A stretch of 64,000 nucleotides of DNA, taken from the IMG/VR virus record IMGVR_UViG_3300044859_000256. The stretch is one strand, 5' to 3'. Every line of letters starts with the position of its first letter. The stretch's first letter is position 1. A program made the translations under genes and the position numbers. Origin of the DNA: an uncultured virus (IMG/VR IMGVR_UViG_3300044859_000256) (lineage: Duplodnaviria; Heunggongvirae; Uroviricota; Caudoviricetes). This document shows positions 47,630 to 57,223 of this stretch, piece after piece. The notes below the pieces were generated by a model, which was not told the origin of the DNA, did not search any database, and saw nothing but the letters and a program-made list of their open reading frames with translations.

Positions 47630-48141
47630 TAGACTCCTGTACTCCCAAACTTACCTTCGCCCCGCACAGTATTAGGAAGTTTATCTACAGAGACAAACGA
47701 GAACTGTGTAACGGGCATGAAGGCAATCTGTGCAACACGATCACCCCGTTTAAGAGTGTGTGTTATTGTTGAATTGTTAATAAGTGGTAACCAAATCTCA
47801 CCACGATAATCAGAATCAATGACACCAACTGAGTTGGCTAAGTTGATTCCCTTGTTAGAAAGACCTGATCTCATAAAGAGTAAACCTACATAGCCCTCAG
47901 GGATAGCTAAGCTAACCCCTGTGGGTACTCTAGTTACTACTCCGGGGAGTAGCGTAGTGTCCGTAGTGATCTTAAGATCAGCCCCGGCTGCACCCTTGGT
48001 ATGGTAGGCTGGAGCACAGTCTCTATCATGGAGTACCATAGGGATCTTAGAATCGGTATGGGTATAAGTAGAAGTATTGTAATTGTTTGGATTAACAATA
48101 GTTATAGACTCAGTGTTGTATTGGTTTACATCAGTGTTCAT
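47629..48141 (-). CDS. dut: dUTPase (trimeric)
   Basis: AGADL, RSGL, GVIDSDYRGEI, GDRVAQI, RGEGKFGSTG. Confidence 0.95.
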   Translation of the reverse strand: MNTDVNQYNTESITIVNPNNYNTSTYTHTDSKIPMVLHDRDCAPAYHTKGAAGADLKITTDTTLLPGVVTRVPTGVSLAIPEGYVGLLFMRSGLSNKGINLANSVGVIDSDYRGEIWLPLINNSTITHTLKRGDRVAQIAFMPVTQFSFVSVDKLPNTVRGEGKFGSTGV

Positions 48142-48910
48142 TAGTGTTCCCTTGAGTATCACTCTTAGTAGCCCCAACTATTGGGTCAAACAATAGTACG
48201 GACTTAGTTTTCTTGTTATATTCACCATGTCTAAGGATGCGTACACACCTAGCCATAGCGAGACAGTAATCATATCCATATCTATCCATTTCCTGAGGCT
48301 TAGCTTGGTCATAAGCTGCCAATACGGCGGCTGTCCAGTTCCTTGGATGGACATACTTAAGCCACTTCTCTGCCTTGGCAGGTCCCCACTTCCAGATACC
48401 GGGGATATTATCAGTCGTATCACCCATGATCCACTGCTTGTGGAAGTTAAAGTCAGCGGTATAAGTATCAAGTTCCAGAGGTTTAACTTCTTTGTCTGGG
48501 TTCCAATGCCACCCCGGTACAGACCGGAGATCCTTGTCAATGGTTACGGCAATAGCCTTATTGCCTGAAGCCATAAGTCCCATAATATCATCAGCCTCTA
48601 GGGTAGGAACAAAGAGTATGTCGTTCTGTTTAATTAAATCAACAGCATATGATAAACAATCTGGTGCTTGTTTCTTCACATCCCGATGGGCTTTATATGG
48701 TTCCCACACCTGTCTACGGAAGTTATCCTTACGATCACAGGAGATAGCCACATATACTTTCGTTACTCCTACTGGAGTCCATGCCTTGACATCATGTTCG
48801 ATGCGCTCCGCAAGGTACTCAATGCCTTCTTGGTCTGCCCAAAAGGCAGCACGATAGGCAATGATGTCTCCGTCAAGCACAGCAGTATCAGGTCTTGGTT
48901 GGCTTATCAT
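48131..48910 (-). CDS. 5'-3' exonuclease (phage B)
   Basis: LDGDIIAY, YKAHR, LEADDIMG, DKDL, GDTTDNIPG. Confidence 0.93.
   Translation of the reverse strand: MISQPRPDTAVLDGDIIAYRAAFWADQEGIEYLAERIEHDVKAWTPVGVTKVYVAISCDRKDNFRRQVWEPYKAHRDVKKQAPDCLSYAVDLIKQNDILFVPTLEADDIMGLMASGNKAIAVTIDKDLRSVPGWHWNPDKEVKPLELDTYTADFNFHKQWIMGDTTDNIPGIWKWGPAKAEKWLKYVHPRNWTAAVLAAYDQAKPQEMDRYGYDYCLAMARCVRILRHGEYNKKTKSVLLFDPIVGATKSDTQGNTNEH
48169..48185 (-). promoter_or_regulatory. Putative phage B RNAP promoter, copy 2
   Basis: CCCAATAGTTGGGGCTA, 16/17 match to 56631-56647; upstream of dut. Confidence 0.6.
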
Positions 48911-49628
48911 CGTCTTCCTTATCTATAAAAATTTCCATGATCTCTTTGAACACAGTATCTCCATCAGGTAGTCTGTCTTCTCTTGAGGATAGGCACAGCT
49001 CACAGTTACACAAATCATCTAACATTGATTCGGAGAGTAGGTGAAACCATTCATCAAACTTTGTATTGCATTTAGTTTTGAATGCTGCCTCACTCTCATC
49101 ATTCTTTAGAGTGTAGTGAAACATATCTTCATATTGTTTGTTGCCTGTCTCAATAGCAATTGCTAGTGCTTCAGACTCATGTGTTCTCCACTCTGCAAAC
49201 TCCTCAGGGAGTTCACGCTCACCTGCTGATACAAAGACTGTAAGAGCACGGATGTCACGAGCAGCAGCAATCTCATTGGTATAGCGACAGTCATCTACAA
49301 TGACAACCTTCTCATGCCAGATAGATGGGTCAGCCTTTAGGGCTGCTTGTTCTTCCTCATAGAGTTTCTTAATCTTAATACGGAATTGTTTAACCCAGTA
49401 GTCTGGATCTTGTTCTCTCATAGTAGAGCCAAGGGTCTGACAGAACTCACGATACTCTTCTTGATTGGTATCCTTAGTGTATCCCTTCTTAGCCGCCTCT
49501 TCCTTAAGGGCAGCAGCAAAGGGAACAATCACTGGTGTATACTTATTGTTATAAGCGTACTCACTGATCCACTTTGCTAGTGTTGTCTTCCCGACTCTTG
49601 CTTGTCCACCGATCATTATCGTTATCAT
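48888..49628 (-). CDS. Deoxynucleoside monophosphate kinase-like P-loop protein
   Basis: GGQARVGKT, FAAALK, R...Q..G, DPDYWV, DCRY.NE, HESE. Confidence 0.8.
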   Translation of the reverse strand: MITIMIGGQARVGKTTLAKWISEYAYNNKYTPVIVPFAAALKEEAAKKGYTKDTNQEEYREFCQTLGSTMREQDPDYWVKQFRIKIKKLYEEEQAALKADPSIWHEKVVIVDDCRYTNEIAAARDIRALTVFVSAGERELPEEFAEWRTHESEALAIAIETGNKQYEDMFHYTLKNDESEAAFKTKCNTKFDEWFHLLSESMLDDLCNCELCLSSREDRLPDGDTVFKEIMEIFIDKEDDDKPTKT

Positions 49629-50064
49629 GTAAGCTTTCCCATAGTTGTTTAGGGTTGAACAGATTGGGTGTATCCCAACCTTTGAATTTTAAATAGTCAC
49701 ATATAAAAGTAATACAATTGGTTGGTTGTTTCATACCAATGTGTTTACCTATGAGTGTATACACTAGCATCTTATAACTATTGAGTGGTTTATATTTGTA
49801 AGCAAAGATAATATCTTCTTCACTCATGTCCATAGATCCTAGATCAAACTCATAGTACTTGCTTATTTTTAGTTGTTTAAGATTGGCAAGTCTCATTACC
49901 TTTACTGGCTTACGATCTACCACTACAAAAGCAAATGGTATACTTAGATCAAACTCAATGTGAGCATGAGTATGACGGCTCCAAGATAGTAAACGAATGG
50001 CATAGTATCGCCACCCTTGTACCTTCTTGAAGTTGTAGAATACAATTCTTCCATTAACTTTCAT
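49561..50064 (-). CDS. Possible permuted papain-like (NlpC/P60) protein
   Basis: SRHTHAHI ... NCITFI ... NPKQL, His before Cys. Confidence 0.45.
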   Translation of the reverse strand: MKVNGRIVFYNFKKVQGWRYYAIRLLSWSRHTHAHIEFDLSIPFAFVVVDRKPVKVMRLANLKQLKISKYYEFDLGSMDMSEEDIIFAYKYKPLNSYKMLVYTLIGKHIGMKQPTNCITFICDYLKFKGWDTPNLFNPKQLWESLHDNDNDRWTSKSREDNTSKVDQ

Positions 50065-50386
50065 AGAAGATCGGCATTCCTAGATATGTAGCTAGTGAAT
50101 GTTCAACCCTCGCACCTTCCGAATGCTCCCAACCACAGAGCATTACCATCCCAGTACATTGAAGGATAGCATCAATGTCACGCTTCATGCAAGCACGAAG
50201 ATGATCTAATGAATCCTCAACAGTAGAGGGATCAAACCCCTCATCCTCATCCATCTTAGCGGGATTGTGGATCTTACCAACCACAGGATTCTTAGTCCAC
50301 TTCTTCTCAGCCTTATAGAAAGCCTCAAAGTTATGGTTAGGATACCCTCTCATAGGACCAGCAATATATAATTCTAACTTAGACAT
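50054..50386 (-). CDS. DUF4406 / nucleoside 2-deoxyribosyltransferase-like
   Basis: YIAGPMRG, NPA, D..AILQC, GWEHSEGARVE. Confidence 0.82.
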   Translation of the reverse strand: MSKLELYIAGPMRGYPNHNFEAFYKAEKKWTKNPVVGKIHNPAKMDEDEGFDPSTVEDSLDHLRACMKRDIDAILQCTGMVMLCGWEHSEGARVEHSLATYLGMPIFYES

Positions 50387-50394
50387 GTGTCTCC

Positions 50395-52086
50395 TTAATG
50401 TGTATCAGCCCAGCACTTACCAATGCAGTACTCTGCATCAATACGAATATTCATCTTTAACATCTCACCTGCTGCCGTAGCAGCGGCAGTAACAGCCTTA
50501 CCAAATACATCGGCAGTATCTGCCGGACATGAGTACTGTAGTTCGTCATGCACATAAGCCAGCTGCTTGGCTCCTGCGGGCTTGATAGCCTTGAACGCCT
50601 CGACCATCCAGTACTTGCTTACGATAGCTCCTGAACCCTGCAGCAGGGTGTTGAGGGCAGCGTGTTCGCTACGCACGGGTACACGCCTACCATCAGGCAG
50701 GAGCACACCCTTGTGCTTGAGTGCCTCATACTTTACCATGTCCTGTACCTTAGTAAGGGCAGGGATTTCTTTCTGAAAGCGTTCTCGTAATCCTCTAGCC
50801 TCACCAATACTACAACTACAAACTAAAGCAATCTTCTTGTCACCCGCACCATAGAGGTACGCATAGATAAAAGACTTTGCTAATGCTCGTGAGCTGAGTC
50901 CAGCTGCCTTCTGATTGTGTGTATGAATGTCTCCTGTTAGGAGTACTTTACCATATTCACCGTTGTCATACTTAGCCATGAAGTGGGCAAGCATACGAAG
51001 CTCTAGCCCCGACAAGTCAGCACCAACTAACACCTGCTTGGGATCACATAGCCAGAGTTCTCTTGCTCTGTGGTCACCACTTACCTGTGCTATGTTGGGC
51101 TGACTATGGGTACAACGACCTGTCGCTGCACCCTGTGGATTGATGTTGCCATGTATACGCTTGTCTCGACTATTGATTGATCGACTGTTCCAGTCCTCAA
51201 CCATACCCATTAACTTGATTGCATTGAAATACTTTACGAGTGTCTTTGCTTCTGGATAGTCTAACACAGCCAACACGGATTCATCTACCTTTGGGTTTCC
51301 CTTCTCAGTTTCTTGTGGTTTCCATCCATACCTTTCGGTAAGACGGTTAGCTATTTGTTGTCGAGAACCGGGATTAAAGGTATCTACTTTGTCTTTGAGT
51401 CTCTTGCCTGTCTTGGGCGAATGTCTAATGATAACCCGGTCAGGGAAGACTTGACGCATTTCATCTTCGATACCAAGTTTTTCCAGCATAAGGTTTTTAT
51501 ACAACTCTTCTCCGGCATCAAGGTCATAATTAAATCCATTGCACACTTGCTCCATTAATATTGTAGATACTGTATGCTCGAAAGATACAATAGCTTTGTT
51601 GTCTGATATAAAACTCTTTTGTTTATTGAAGATAGCTTCGCCAAGTCGAGTGTCCTGCTGACAGTACTTGCCCATCTCTAGGTTGTAACTAGTCCAGCCT
51701 AAGGTATACTCTGACTTAGGAAAGTTAAGATGTATACCCCATGACTTAAGTGAGTTGTCTTTGAATGGGTGGGTGTTGATGTCTGGATGCATTAGCTTGC
51801 TGATGATAAGTGTATCAACAATACGCTTAGGCATAGTCATGTTGTACAGTCTACGCATGACCGGGTAGTCATACCCCAAGATGTTGTGACCGATAATAAC
51901 ATCAAATTGTTTGAGGTAATTTACAAGCTCAGGCATCTGATGTTCTAACCAAAGTACTGGTTCTTGATTAGGAATCTTGGTGGCTGCACATAATACACGA
52001 GTAACTTCCTTGTGAGGATTACCTTTAGAATCTAATATCAACTCAGCTAAACCATTTCCTTCAATATCAAGTACACATACTTTCAT
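50395..52086 (-). CDS. Family A DNA polymerase (phage B)
   Basis: LDIEG, TGRCTHSQPN, DLSGLELR, AKSFIYAYLYG, VHDE. Confidence 0.96.
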   Translation of the reverse strand: MKVCVLDIEGNGLAELILDSKGNPHKEVTRVLCAATKIPNQEPVLWLEHQMPELVNYLKQFDVIIGHNILGYDYPVMRRLYNMTMPKRIVDTLIISKLMHPDINTHPFKDNSLKSWGIHLNFPKSEYTLGWTSYNLEMGKYCQQDTRLGEAIFNKQKSFISDNKAIVSFEHTVSTILMEQVCNGFNYDLDAGEELYKNLMLEKLGIEDEMRQVFPDRVIIRHSPKTGKRLKDKVDTFNPGSRQQIANRLTERYGWKPQETEKGNPKVDESVLAVLDYPEAKTLVKYFNAIKLMGMVEDWNSRSINSRDKRIHGNINPQGAATGRCTHSQPNIAQVSGDHRARELWLCDPKQVLVGADLSGLELRMLAHFMAKYDNGEYGKVLLTGDIHTHNQKAAGLSSRALAKSFIYAYLYGAGDKKIALVCSCSIGEARGLRERFQKEIPALTKVQDMVKYEALKHKGVLLPDGRRVPVRSEHAALNTLLQGSGAIVSKYWMVEAFKAIKPAGAKQLAYVHDELQYSCPADTADVFGKAVTAAATAAGEMLKMNIRIDAEYCIGKCWADTH

Positions 52087-53816
52087 TAGAACTCCTGTTG
52101 TTGTTCGGGTTCAAACACTACTGAGCCATCCTCAGCAATAGCGAATCCAATTTCTTCTAGTCTGCCTGACACATGGTCATAATATAATGTACTTGCAATA
52201 CCTGCTCGACCAGTCAGACGGTTCTTGAGTACACGCACTAGTGTAGTGTTAGCAATCTTCTCGTCTGTGTTCTGTCGATCTCTCTCCAAGGCAATGACTG
52301 TGTTGGGTACAGATGCCAATGCACCTGAGCCACGCAGATCTTGCAGGGTAATGCGATCACCCTCTTCGTATGCCTTGTCACTCTTCTTGAGTTGTGATAC
52401 GATGTCTACATGCACACCTGTACGCACAGCAATAGCACGGAGTTCCTTCATGAGTGTATCAATAATGATACGCTCTGAGTTACCACCCTCGACATCCTTA
52501 GTCTGCATACTCATAAGTCCTGCAGCAGCAGCGGTAATATGGTCAAGCACAATAACATCCACCTTGAGGGAGGTTGCCATGAACTCCATACGAGCCAGCA
52601 GATTAGCCATTGCACTGTTACCTAAGTGGTCATACACATAGAAGTTTGTGCCACACAGTTGTGCCTTAGCTGCTGCGTATTCCTCATCAGTAAGATCATC
52701 AACCATAGCCATGTTGATTTGTTTCTTGCCAAGCATGGTACGCAATTCATTCATCATTCGTCCTGCTCTAATAGCACGGACTGGTTTGTTAAGTATCAAG
52801 CTGATCATATCATCCATAGTTTCCTGTGGAGATTCCTCAAGCATGATACACCCAACACTACGACCCTCTACTAAGTGATGCATCATAAGCTCACGAAGTA
52901 TAGTAGACTTACCAGACCCAGTACCGGATGCCCATAGTGTAATCTCTCCACTACGCTGACCAATCAGGAACTCTGATAGACCATCGTAAGGGAAGGGATA
53001 GACACGAGCATGGTTCATAGACTGTGAGTCTGTGATAACTTTAGAGATGTGCATGATCTCATCAGGAGAATACTGCTGTGCTTCCCATAGTGCTGATACC
53101 AATTGCTTGGTCTGAGCATTCATGTAGCACTCACTAGCATCCTTGTACGGAAGCTTAGCAATCTTGCACTTACCCGGAGGAAGTAGATCAGCAACTTCCA
53201 TAGTAGCTTTCTGTCCTGCCTCATCCATATCAAAGCATAGGACAACTTCAGCGTATGAGTTAATGAACTCAAGATTCTCTTTGATAGACTTGGCTGCAGA
53301 GGTAGCACCATTGGGGATAGACACGACAGCCCATGTACCACCGAGTACTTGGTTGACTGTCATACAATCAATCTCACCCTCAGTAATGATAAGCCGCTTG
53401 CCTCCTGCCTTCCATAGGTTCTGACCAAAGAGTTCTAAACCTTTGGCACTACCACGCCAAGCAAACTGTTTGTTAGGACCACGAAGGTGTTGTCCTAATA
53501 GCTCACCACTTTGATAGTAGTTAGCAATGTGTACTTCCTTACCATTGATCTTGGCTACCTGATAGCCATACATGCGGCAAGTCTTTTCCGTAACGCCGCG
53601 ATCCTCAAGATCAATGTAAGAACCAGTGAGCACTTTAAATTCTTTAGGGGTTGTTGTAGTAAGTTCATCTGTCATCTCTGTTCCTTTAGAAGAGCGGTAA
53701 TACTTGCATTTAAAACAATACACATGATCATCATAGACTGCAAGGTTGTCACCACTACGATCTGCACCATTCTGTACACAGCGTGGACACTCAGTCTTGC
53801 TTTGGAATAGACTCAT
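52086..53816 (-). CDS. Primase-helicase (phage B)
   Basis: CPRC..CFKC, EGEID, FDMDEAG, SGTGSGKS, LDHI, DLRGSG. Confidence 0.96.
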   Translation of the reverse strand: MSLFQSKTECPRCVQNGADRSGDNLAVYDDHVYCFKCKYYRSSKGTEMTDELTTTTPKEFKVLTGSYIDLEDRGVTEKTCRMYGYQVAKINGKEVHIANYYQSGELLGQHLRGPNKQFAWRGSAKGLELFGQNLWKAGGKRLIITEGEIDCMTVNQVLGGTWAVVSIPNGATSAAKSIKENLEFINSYAEVVLCFDMDEAGQKATMEVADLLPPGKCKIAKLPYKDASECYMNAQTKQLVSALWEAQQYSPDEIMHISKVITDSQSMNHARVYPFPYDGLSEFLIGQRSGEITLWASGTGSGKSTILRELMMHHLVEGRSVGCIMLEESPQETMDDMISLILNKPVRAIRAGRMMNELRTMLGKKQINMAMVDDLTDEEYAAAKAQLCGTNFYVYDHLGNSAMANLLARMEFMATSLKVDVIVLDHITAAAAGLMSMQTKDVEGGNSERIIIDTLMKELRAIAVRTGVHVDIVSQLKKSDKAYEEGDRITLQDLRGSGALASVPNTVIALERDRQNTDEKIANTTLVRVLKNRLTGRAGIASTLYYDHVSGRLEEIGFAIAEDGSVVFEPEQQQEF

Positions 53817-54072
53817 TTAAATCAATTGATCCGATCTTTGCTAGCTTAATAAGAAACTCTGGGCTAAAACAAAAGCTTGCTATAGCCTGATCTTCATCTG
53901 TTCGATATCCATTAGGATCCTCAGATTCGTAAACAATAAAGTTAACATTCTTATTAGACATCTGTATGCGGAGGTATAATCTATCATCACCACCAATACC
54001 TGCAGCATCAGAGTGTACTATGAAAGAGCCAACAGGAAAATTCATTTGCAACCATCCATCTAGTTCACTCAT
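53791..54072 (-). CDS. Hypothetical protein
   Basis: 93 aa, overlapping neighbours. Confidence 0.6.
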   Translation of the reverse strand: MSELDGWLQMNFPVGSFIVHSDAAGIGGDDRLYLRIQMSNKNVNFIVYESEDPNGYRTDEDQAIASFCFSPEFLIKLAKIGSIDLNESIPKQD

Positions 54073-54274
54073 CTTTACCCTTGCCCCACCCTAAGGTGGT
54101 GTTGTCTGACATTTGATTAAAGCCAGATTTAATTAATGCCTTGATATCGTTACGCTCGTCAACCAATTTATCATACTTGTTTTGACTTGTCGTACCATCC
54201 GTTTCAATACGACCAAGCTTGTGACTAAGTGCTGCCAGATCATATACCAGTTCTTCCAGTTCATTTAGATTCAT
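54065..54274 (-). CDS. Hypothetical protein
   Basis: 69 aa. Confidence 0.6.
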   Translation of the reverse strand: MNLNELEELVYDLAALSHKLGRIETDGTTSQNKYDKLVDERNDIKALIKSGFNQMSDNTTLGWGKGKDE

Positions 54275-54419
54275 CTTTATTTATTTCTTTTGGTTTACCA
54301 AAGATAGCTTCATAATTTTTTTCATAAGTTTCACGATCAACGGGGCGATACTTATCACCCTTACCTGACTGTGACTTGTCACGCTTCTTAGCTTTGAGCC
54401 AAGGTTTATCTTTTGCCAA
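54261..54419 (-). CDS. 52-aa basic protein (GKGDKYRP..YEKNYEAIF), not in track
   Basis: TTG start after AAGGAGG; fills the gap between neighbours. Confidence 0.6.
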   Translation of the reverse strand: MAKDKPWLKAKKRDKSQSGKGDKYRPVDRETYEKNYEAIFGKPKEINKDESK

Positions 54420-54657
54420 TTGAATCCTCCTTTATTAGGTATCCCCATTGTCTTAGTTTAGCTGCTTGCTTTAGTGTTATCCTGCCATGCAAGGAATCAT
54501 ACGCAAGCAGTTCAGTACGAGCAGCATCGCGTTCCTCTTGTAGGAGTGTGATTAAATCTTGTTGAGAAGTTCCTTCCATATGGGAAGTACCCTGTAATTT
54601 TAAATCATTTAGTTTATCCATTAAATATACTTTACACTTTTTGGGTATGTCTGCCAA
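54406..54657 (-). CDS. Hypothetical protein
   Basis: 83 aa; start uncertain. Confidence 0.5.
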   Translation of the reverse strand: MADIPKKCKVYLMDKLNDLKLQGTSHMEGTSQQDLITLLQEERDAARTELLAYDSLHGRITLKQAAKLRQWGYLIKEDSIGKR

Positions 54658-54680
54658 TTATTACTACCTATAGCCAACAA

Positions 54681-55340
54681 TTAACCCAGTGATCCATTCA
54701 ATGCCATCCATGATATAGGAAAGGCTTTGGCACAGCAGTCTGAGATTGCTAGTGCTACTTGTCGGCACTCATCCTGTGCGTGTGGGTCAAGACGGAGCTG
54801 ACATACCCTGTTGAAACCATAGAGGGAGCCAGTCCAATACCACTCAGTCATCATAGACTGTGGTAGTACTGTCCTTGCTTGCTCAGGACAGACACCCTCA
54901 TACAGCATGAGCCTGTATGTACTGAGAGAAGATTTGATTGATTCATTATAACACTGTTGTACTAATGCGCTATCCTTCACATACTCAGAGGAGGAGCCTT
55001 GCTTCTTGTTCTCTGCTGCTGCCCTCCAGTTGCTCTGTGGTGACCAGAAGGTAGGCTCATAGTCTACATACCGTCTACTAACTTCGTTCCATGCAAAGCC
55101 AACCTGATGCTTGGCTAGCTGCCTTGCAACAAAGATCGGAGCCTTAATATGGAACTGCAGGGTACAATGGGCAAACGGACTCCAATGCTTATGCTTAGCG
55201 AGATAAGTAATAAGCTTTATATTCTGTAGCTCAGTGTAGTTGGCTGCTTCCTTAGCGAAAGAAACACGAGCAGCATCTACTACGGTATTATCACTACCCA
55301 TTTTGAGTAAGTGTTTTACGGACATCTCTTCGTATATCAT
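54681..55340 (-). CDS. thyX: FAD-dependent thymidylate synthase
   Basis: AARVS, HWSPF, APIFVARQLAKH..NEVSRRY, EQAR.VLP, R...HAQ.E. Confidence 0.95.
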   Translation of the reverse strand: MIYEEMSVKHLLKMGSDNTVVDAARVSFAKEAANYTELQNIKLITYLAKHKHWSPFAHCTLQFHIKAPIFVARQLAKHQVGFAWNEVSRRYVDYEPTFWSPQSNWRAAAENKKQGSSSEYVKDSALVQQCYNESIKSSLSTYRLMLYEGVCPEQARTVLPQSMMTEWYWTGSLYGFNRVCQLRLDPHAQDECRQVALAISDCCAKAFPISWMALNGSLG

Positions 55341-55371
55341 ACTTTTGTTTCTCCGATAAGTGTTTTACTTA

Positions 55372-55404
55372 GAAAAAAGGAAGGGGGATTTCTCCCCCTT
55401 CCTT
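55372..55404 (-). terminator. Intrinsic terminator
   Basis: AAGGAAGGGGGA/TCCCCCTTCCTT stem then T run. Confidence 0.85.
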
Positions 55405-55489
55405 CCTATGGTGGTGACAATAAAGTCAACGGATCTATCTCAGTCAACAAGTGCCGGACTGCTTGGACTAAGACCGATCAATACACCAG

Positions 55490-55882
55490 TTATAGGTTGC
55501 TTACTGACAGAGTGAAGTAACCATCTTCACCTGTTGCTGCCCATTGCTTTGTTACATTTAGGGAAATGATTTGAGAGTCATCTTCCCAAACCTTCTTGTT
55601 CATTGTATCAAGTATAGCTTTAGCAAAGTTATCAATATCAGGGCGAGGAGCATCTAACTCAGTAGACTTAGGCTTCTTAACATAGAGTTCAATGTCAACA
55701 GCAAGAGAACCAGTAAGGGGTACTAGGTCTGTGCCTAGTATATCCCATACTACCTCTGCTGCTTTCTCTCTGAACTCTTTATAAGTACCTGTGTAATACG
55801 CTCCCCATTTACCGACCCTAGGTCTTGATGCGGCAACTGGATTCAGATTAAATCTCCATTGATTAGAATGGGAGATCTTCAT
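55490..55882 (-). CDS. rusA: RusA-like Holliday junction resolvase
   Basis: RPR, RPDIDNFAKAILD, WEDDSQI. Confidence 0.9.
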   Translation of the reverse strand: MKISHSNQWRFNLNPVAASRPRVGKWGAYYTGTYKEFREKAAEVVWDILGTDLVPLTGSLAVDIELYVKKPKSTELDAPRPDIDNFAKAILDTMNKKVWEDDSQIISLNVTKQWAATGEDGYFTLSVSNL

Positions 55883-56405
55883 CCTCTGTTTCCTCAACAT
55901 TAACAAGTGCTGGTGCAGACTTAGTTGGAGCAGCGGTTGACACGAAGCCCCCATCTACTGCATCAAAACCTGAACCACCTGTAATGTTGTTGGCATTCTT
56001 CTCAATGATCTGAATGCCATTTAAGTACACACTAAGACTATTGTCTCGTGTGATAACACATGGTGAAAGCTTAAGTCTTACCTTATCTCCACCAAACGGT
56101 ACGGTATCGGTTGGGGTAGCCTGTGAATCAACACAAGGGAACTTACCTTCCTCAACATGTACTCGGCTCTTAGCCTTGAAGGTACGCAATCCATCCTTCT
56201 CCATGATACCATTGATCTTAGTAGCACCTGACTTCTTAAGGATATCCTTGAGAACTTTATCAAGTGTCTTGTCTAAGACAACAGTAATGTTATGGTTGGC
56301 AGATGCCTCACCGAAAGCAATGTCTGGCTTAAGTAGATTGCTCCACTTAACTTCGACTACTTCAGTTACAAACTGTGGCATCTTCTTTAACTTGCTCTTG
56401 TTCAT
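55863..56405 (-). CDS. Single-stranded DNA-binding protein (phage B)
   Basis: W..L.KPD..F, LSVYLNGIQIIE, acidic tail DEDLPF. Confidence 0.85.
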   Translation of the reverse strand: MNKSKLKKMPQFVTEVVEVKWSNLLKPDIAFGEASANHNITVVLDKTLDKVLKDILKKSGATKINGIMEKDGLRTFKAKSRVHVEEGKFPCVDSQATPTDTVPFGGDKVRLKLSPCVITRDNSLSVYLNGIQIIEKNANNITGGSGFDAVDGGFVSTAAPTKSAPALVNVEETEDEDLPF

Positions 56406-56598
56406 TCGTAGTTTCCTTCTTTAATGATGCGTTGATATTGTCAACTTGCATATTCAAATCCATTACAATAGTATTCATGCCAGATGCGAGCTGACTTAAG
56501 CCAGCCGAAAGCTGACTAAGATACGCAACAACACTATCGGTACGGATAGCAGGAACTTGTTCCTTTGTTTCAGTCTCGGTATTAGTTTCAGTATTCAT
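56362..56598 (-). CDS. Hypothetical protein
   Basis: Strong RBS AAAGGAGG. Confidence 0.7.
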   Translation of the reverse strand: MNTETNTETETKEQVPAIRTDSVVAYLSQLSAGLSQLASGMNTIVMDLNMQVDNINASLKKETTNEQEQVKEDATVCN

Positions 56599-56627
56599 AT
56601 TTCCTCCTTTCTAAAAAATAATATCTT

Positions 56628-56647
56628 CTATAGCCCCAACTATAGGG
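56628..56647 (-). promoter_or_regulatory. Putative phage B RNAP promoter, copy 1
   Basis: CCCTATAGTTGGGGCTATAG, ends CTATAG like T7 promoters; intergenic before SSB operon. Confidence 0.65.
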
Positions 56648-56653
56648 CTAATG

Positions 56654-57223
56654 TTAAGTCTTTTGATTTACCACCATGTCTGTCCATGTAGGGATCCGGG
56701 CAAGGATGAACAGAGAAATCTCTGTGCCTTCCTTAAATCCTAGGATCTCACATAAGACTGCACTATACATAGCAGCGTTGGGGTAAATGTTTTTCTGAGT
56801 TTGCTGACCAATAATACTCTTGATCTCTTGTATTCTAAAGTGATACCACGGATGGTACGCTTCGATATAGTTTGCTACATCTTGCCAAGCTGGGTCAATG
56901 CCATCCTTATAGAATGAATTACCAAAGCCAGCAATAGGAATCTTCCTATTGAGGATGTCTACTATATCTCTAGTAGATGTGATCAACATCAGACGAGCCT
57001 CAGAGATAGGTGCATGATAGACACCAAGAGTTAAGATAGCCGAAGCTAATGCATTCTCTAAGCGTCCTGTTGTACCACTCGCGTTAAGACATGCCATTGA
57101 ACTAGCGTTAGGATTATTCCTTGCTGAGTTAGCATGTGCTTCTATCACCATGTTTAATAAGACTTGGTGATTAATAGAACCATGCGGTTCAACTACATAG
57201 GGTAGGTCAATTGTTATTTTCAT
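56654..57223 (-). CDS. Citrate synthase-fold protein with degenerate active site
   Basis: Collinear NAS, LGVYHAP, GFGNSFYK..DP, IYPNAAMYSA..LG, LFILAR..W motifs. Confidence 0.75.
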   Translation of the reverse strand: MKITIDLPYVVEPHGSINHQVLLNMVIEAHANSARNNPNASSMACLNASGTTGRLENALASAILTLGVYHAPISEARLMLITSTRDIVDILNRKIPIAGFGNSFYKDGIDPAWQDVANYIEAYHPWYHFRIQEIKSIIGQQTQKNIYPNAAMYSAVLCEILGFKEGTEISLFILARIPTWTDMVVNQKT

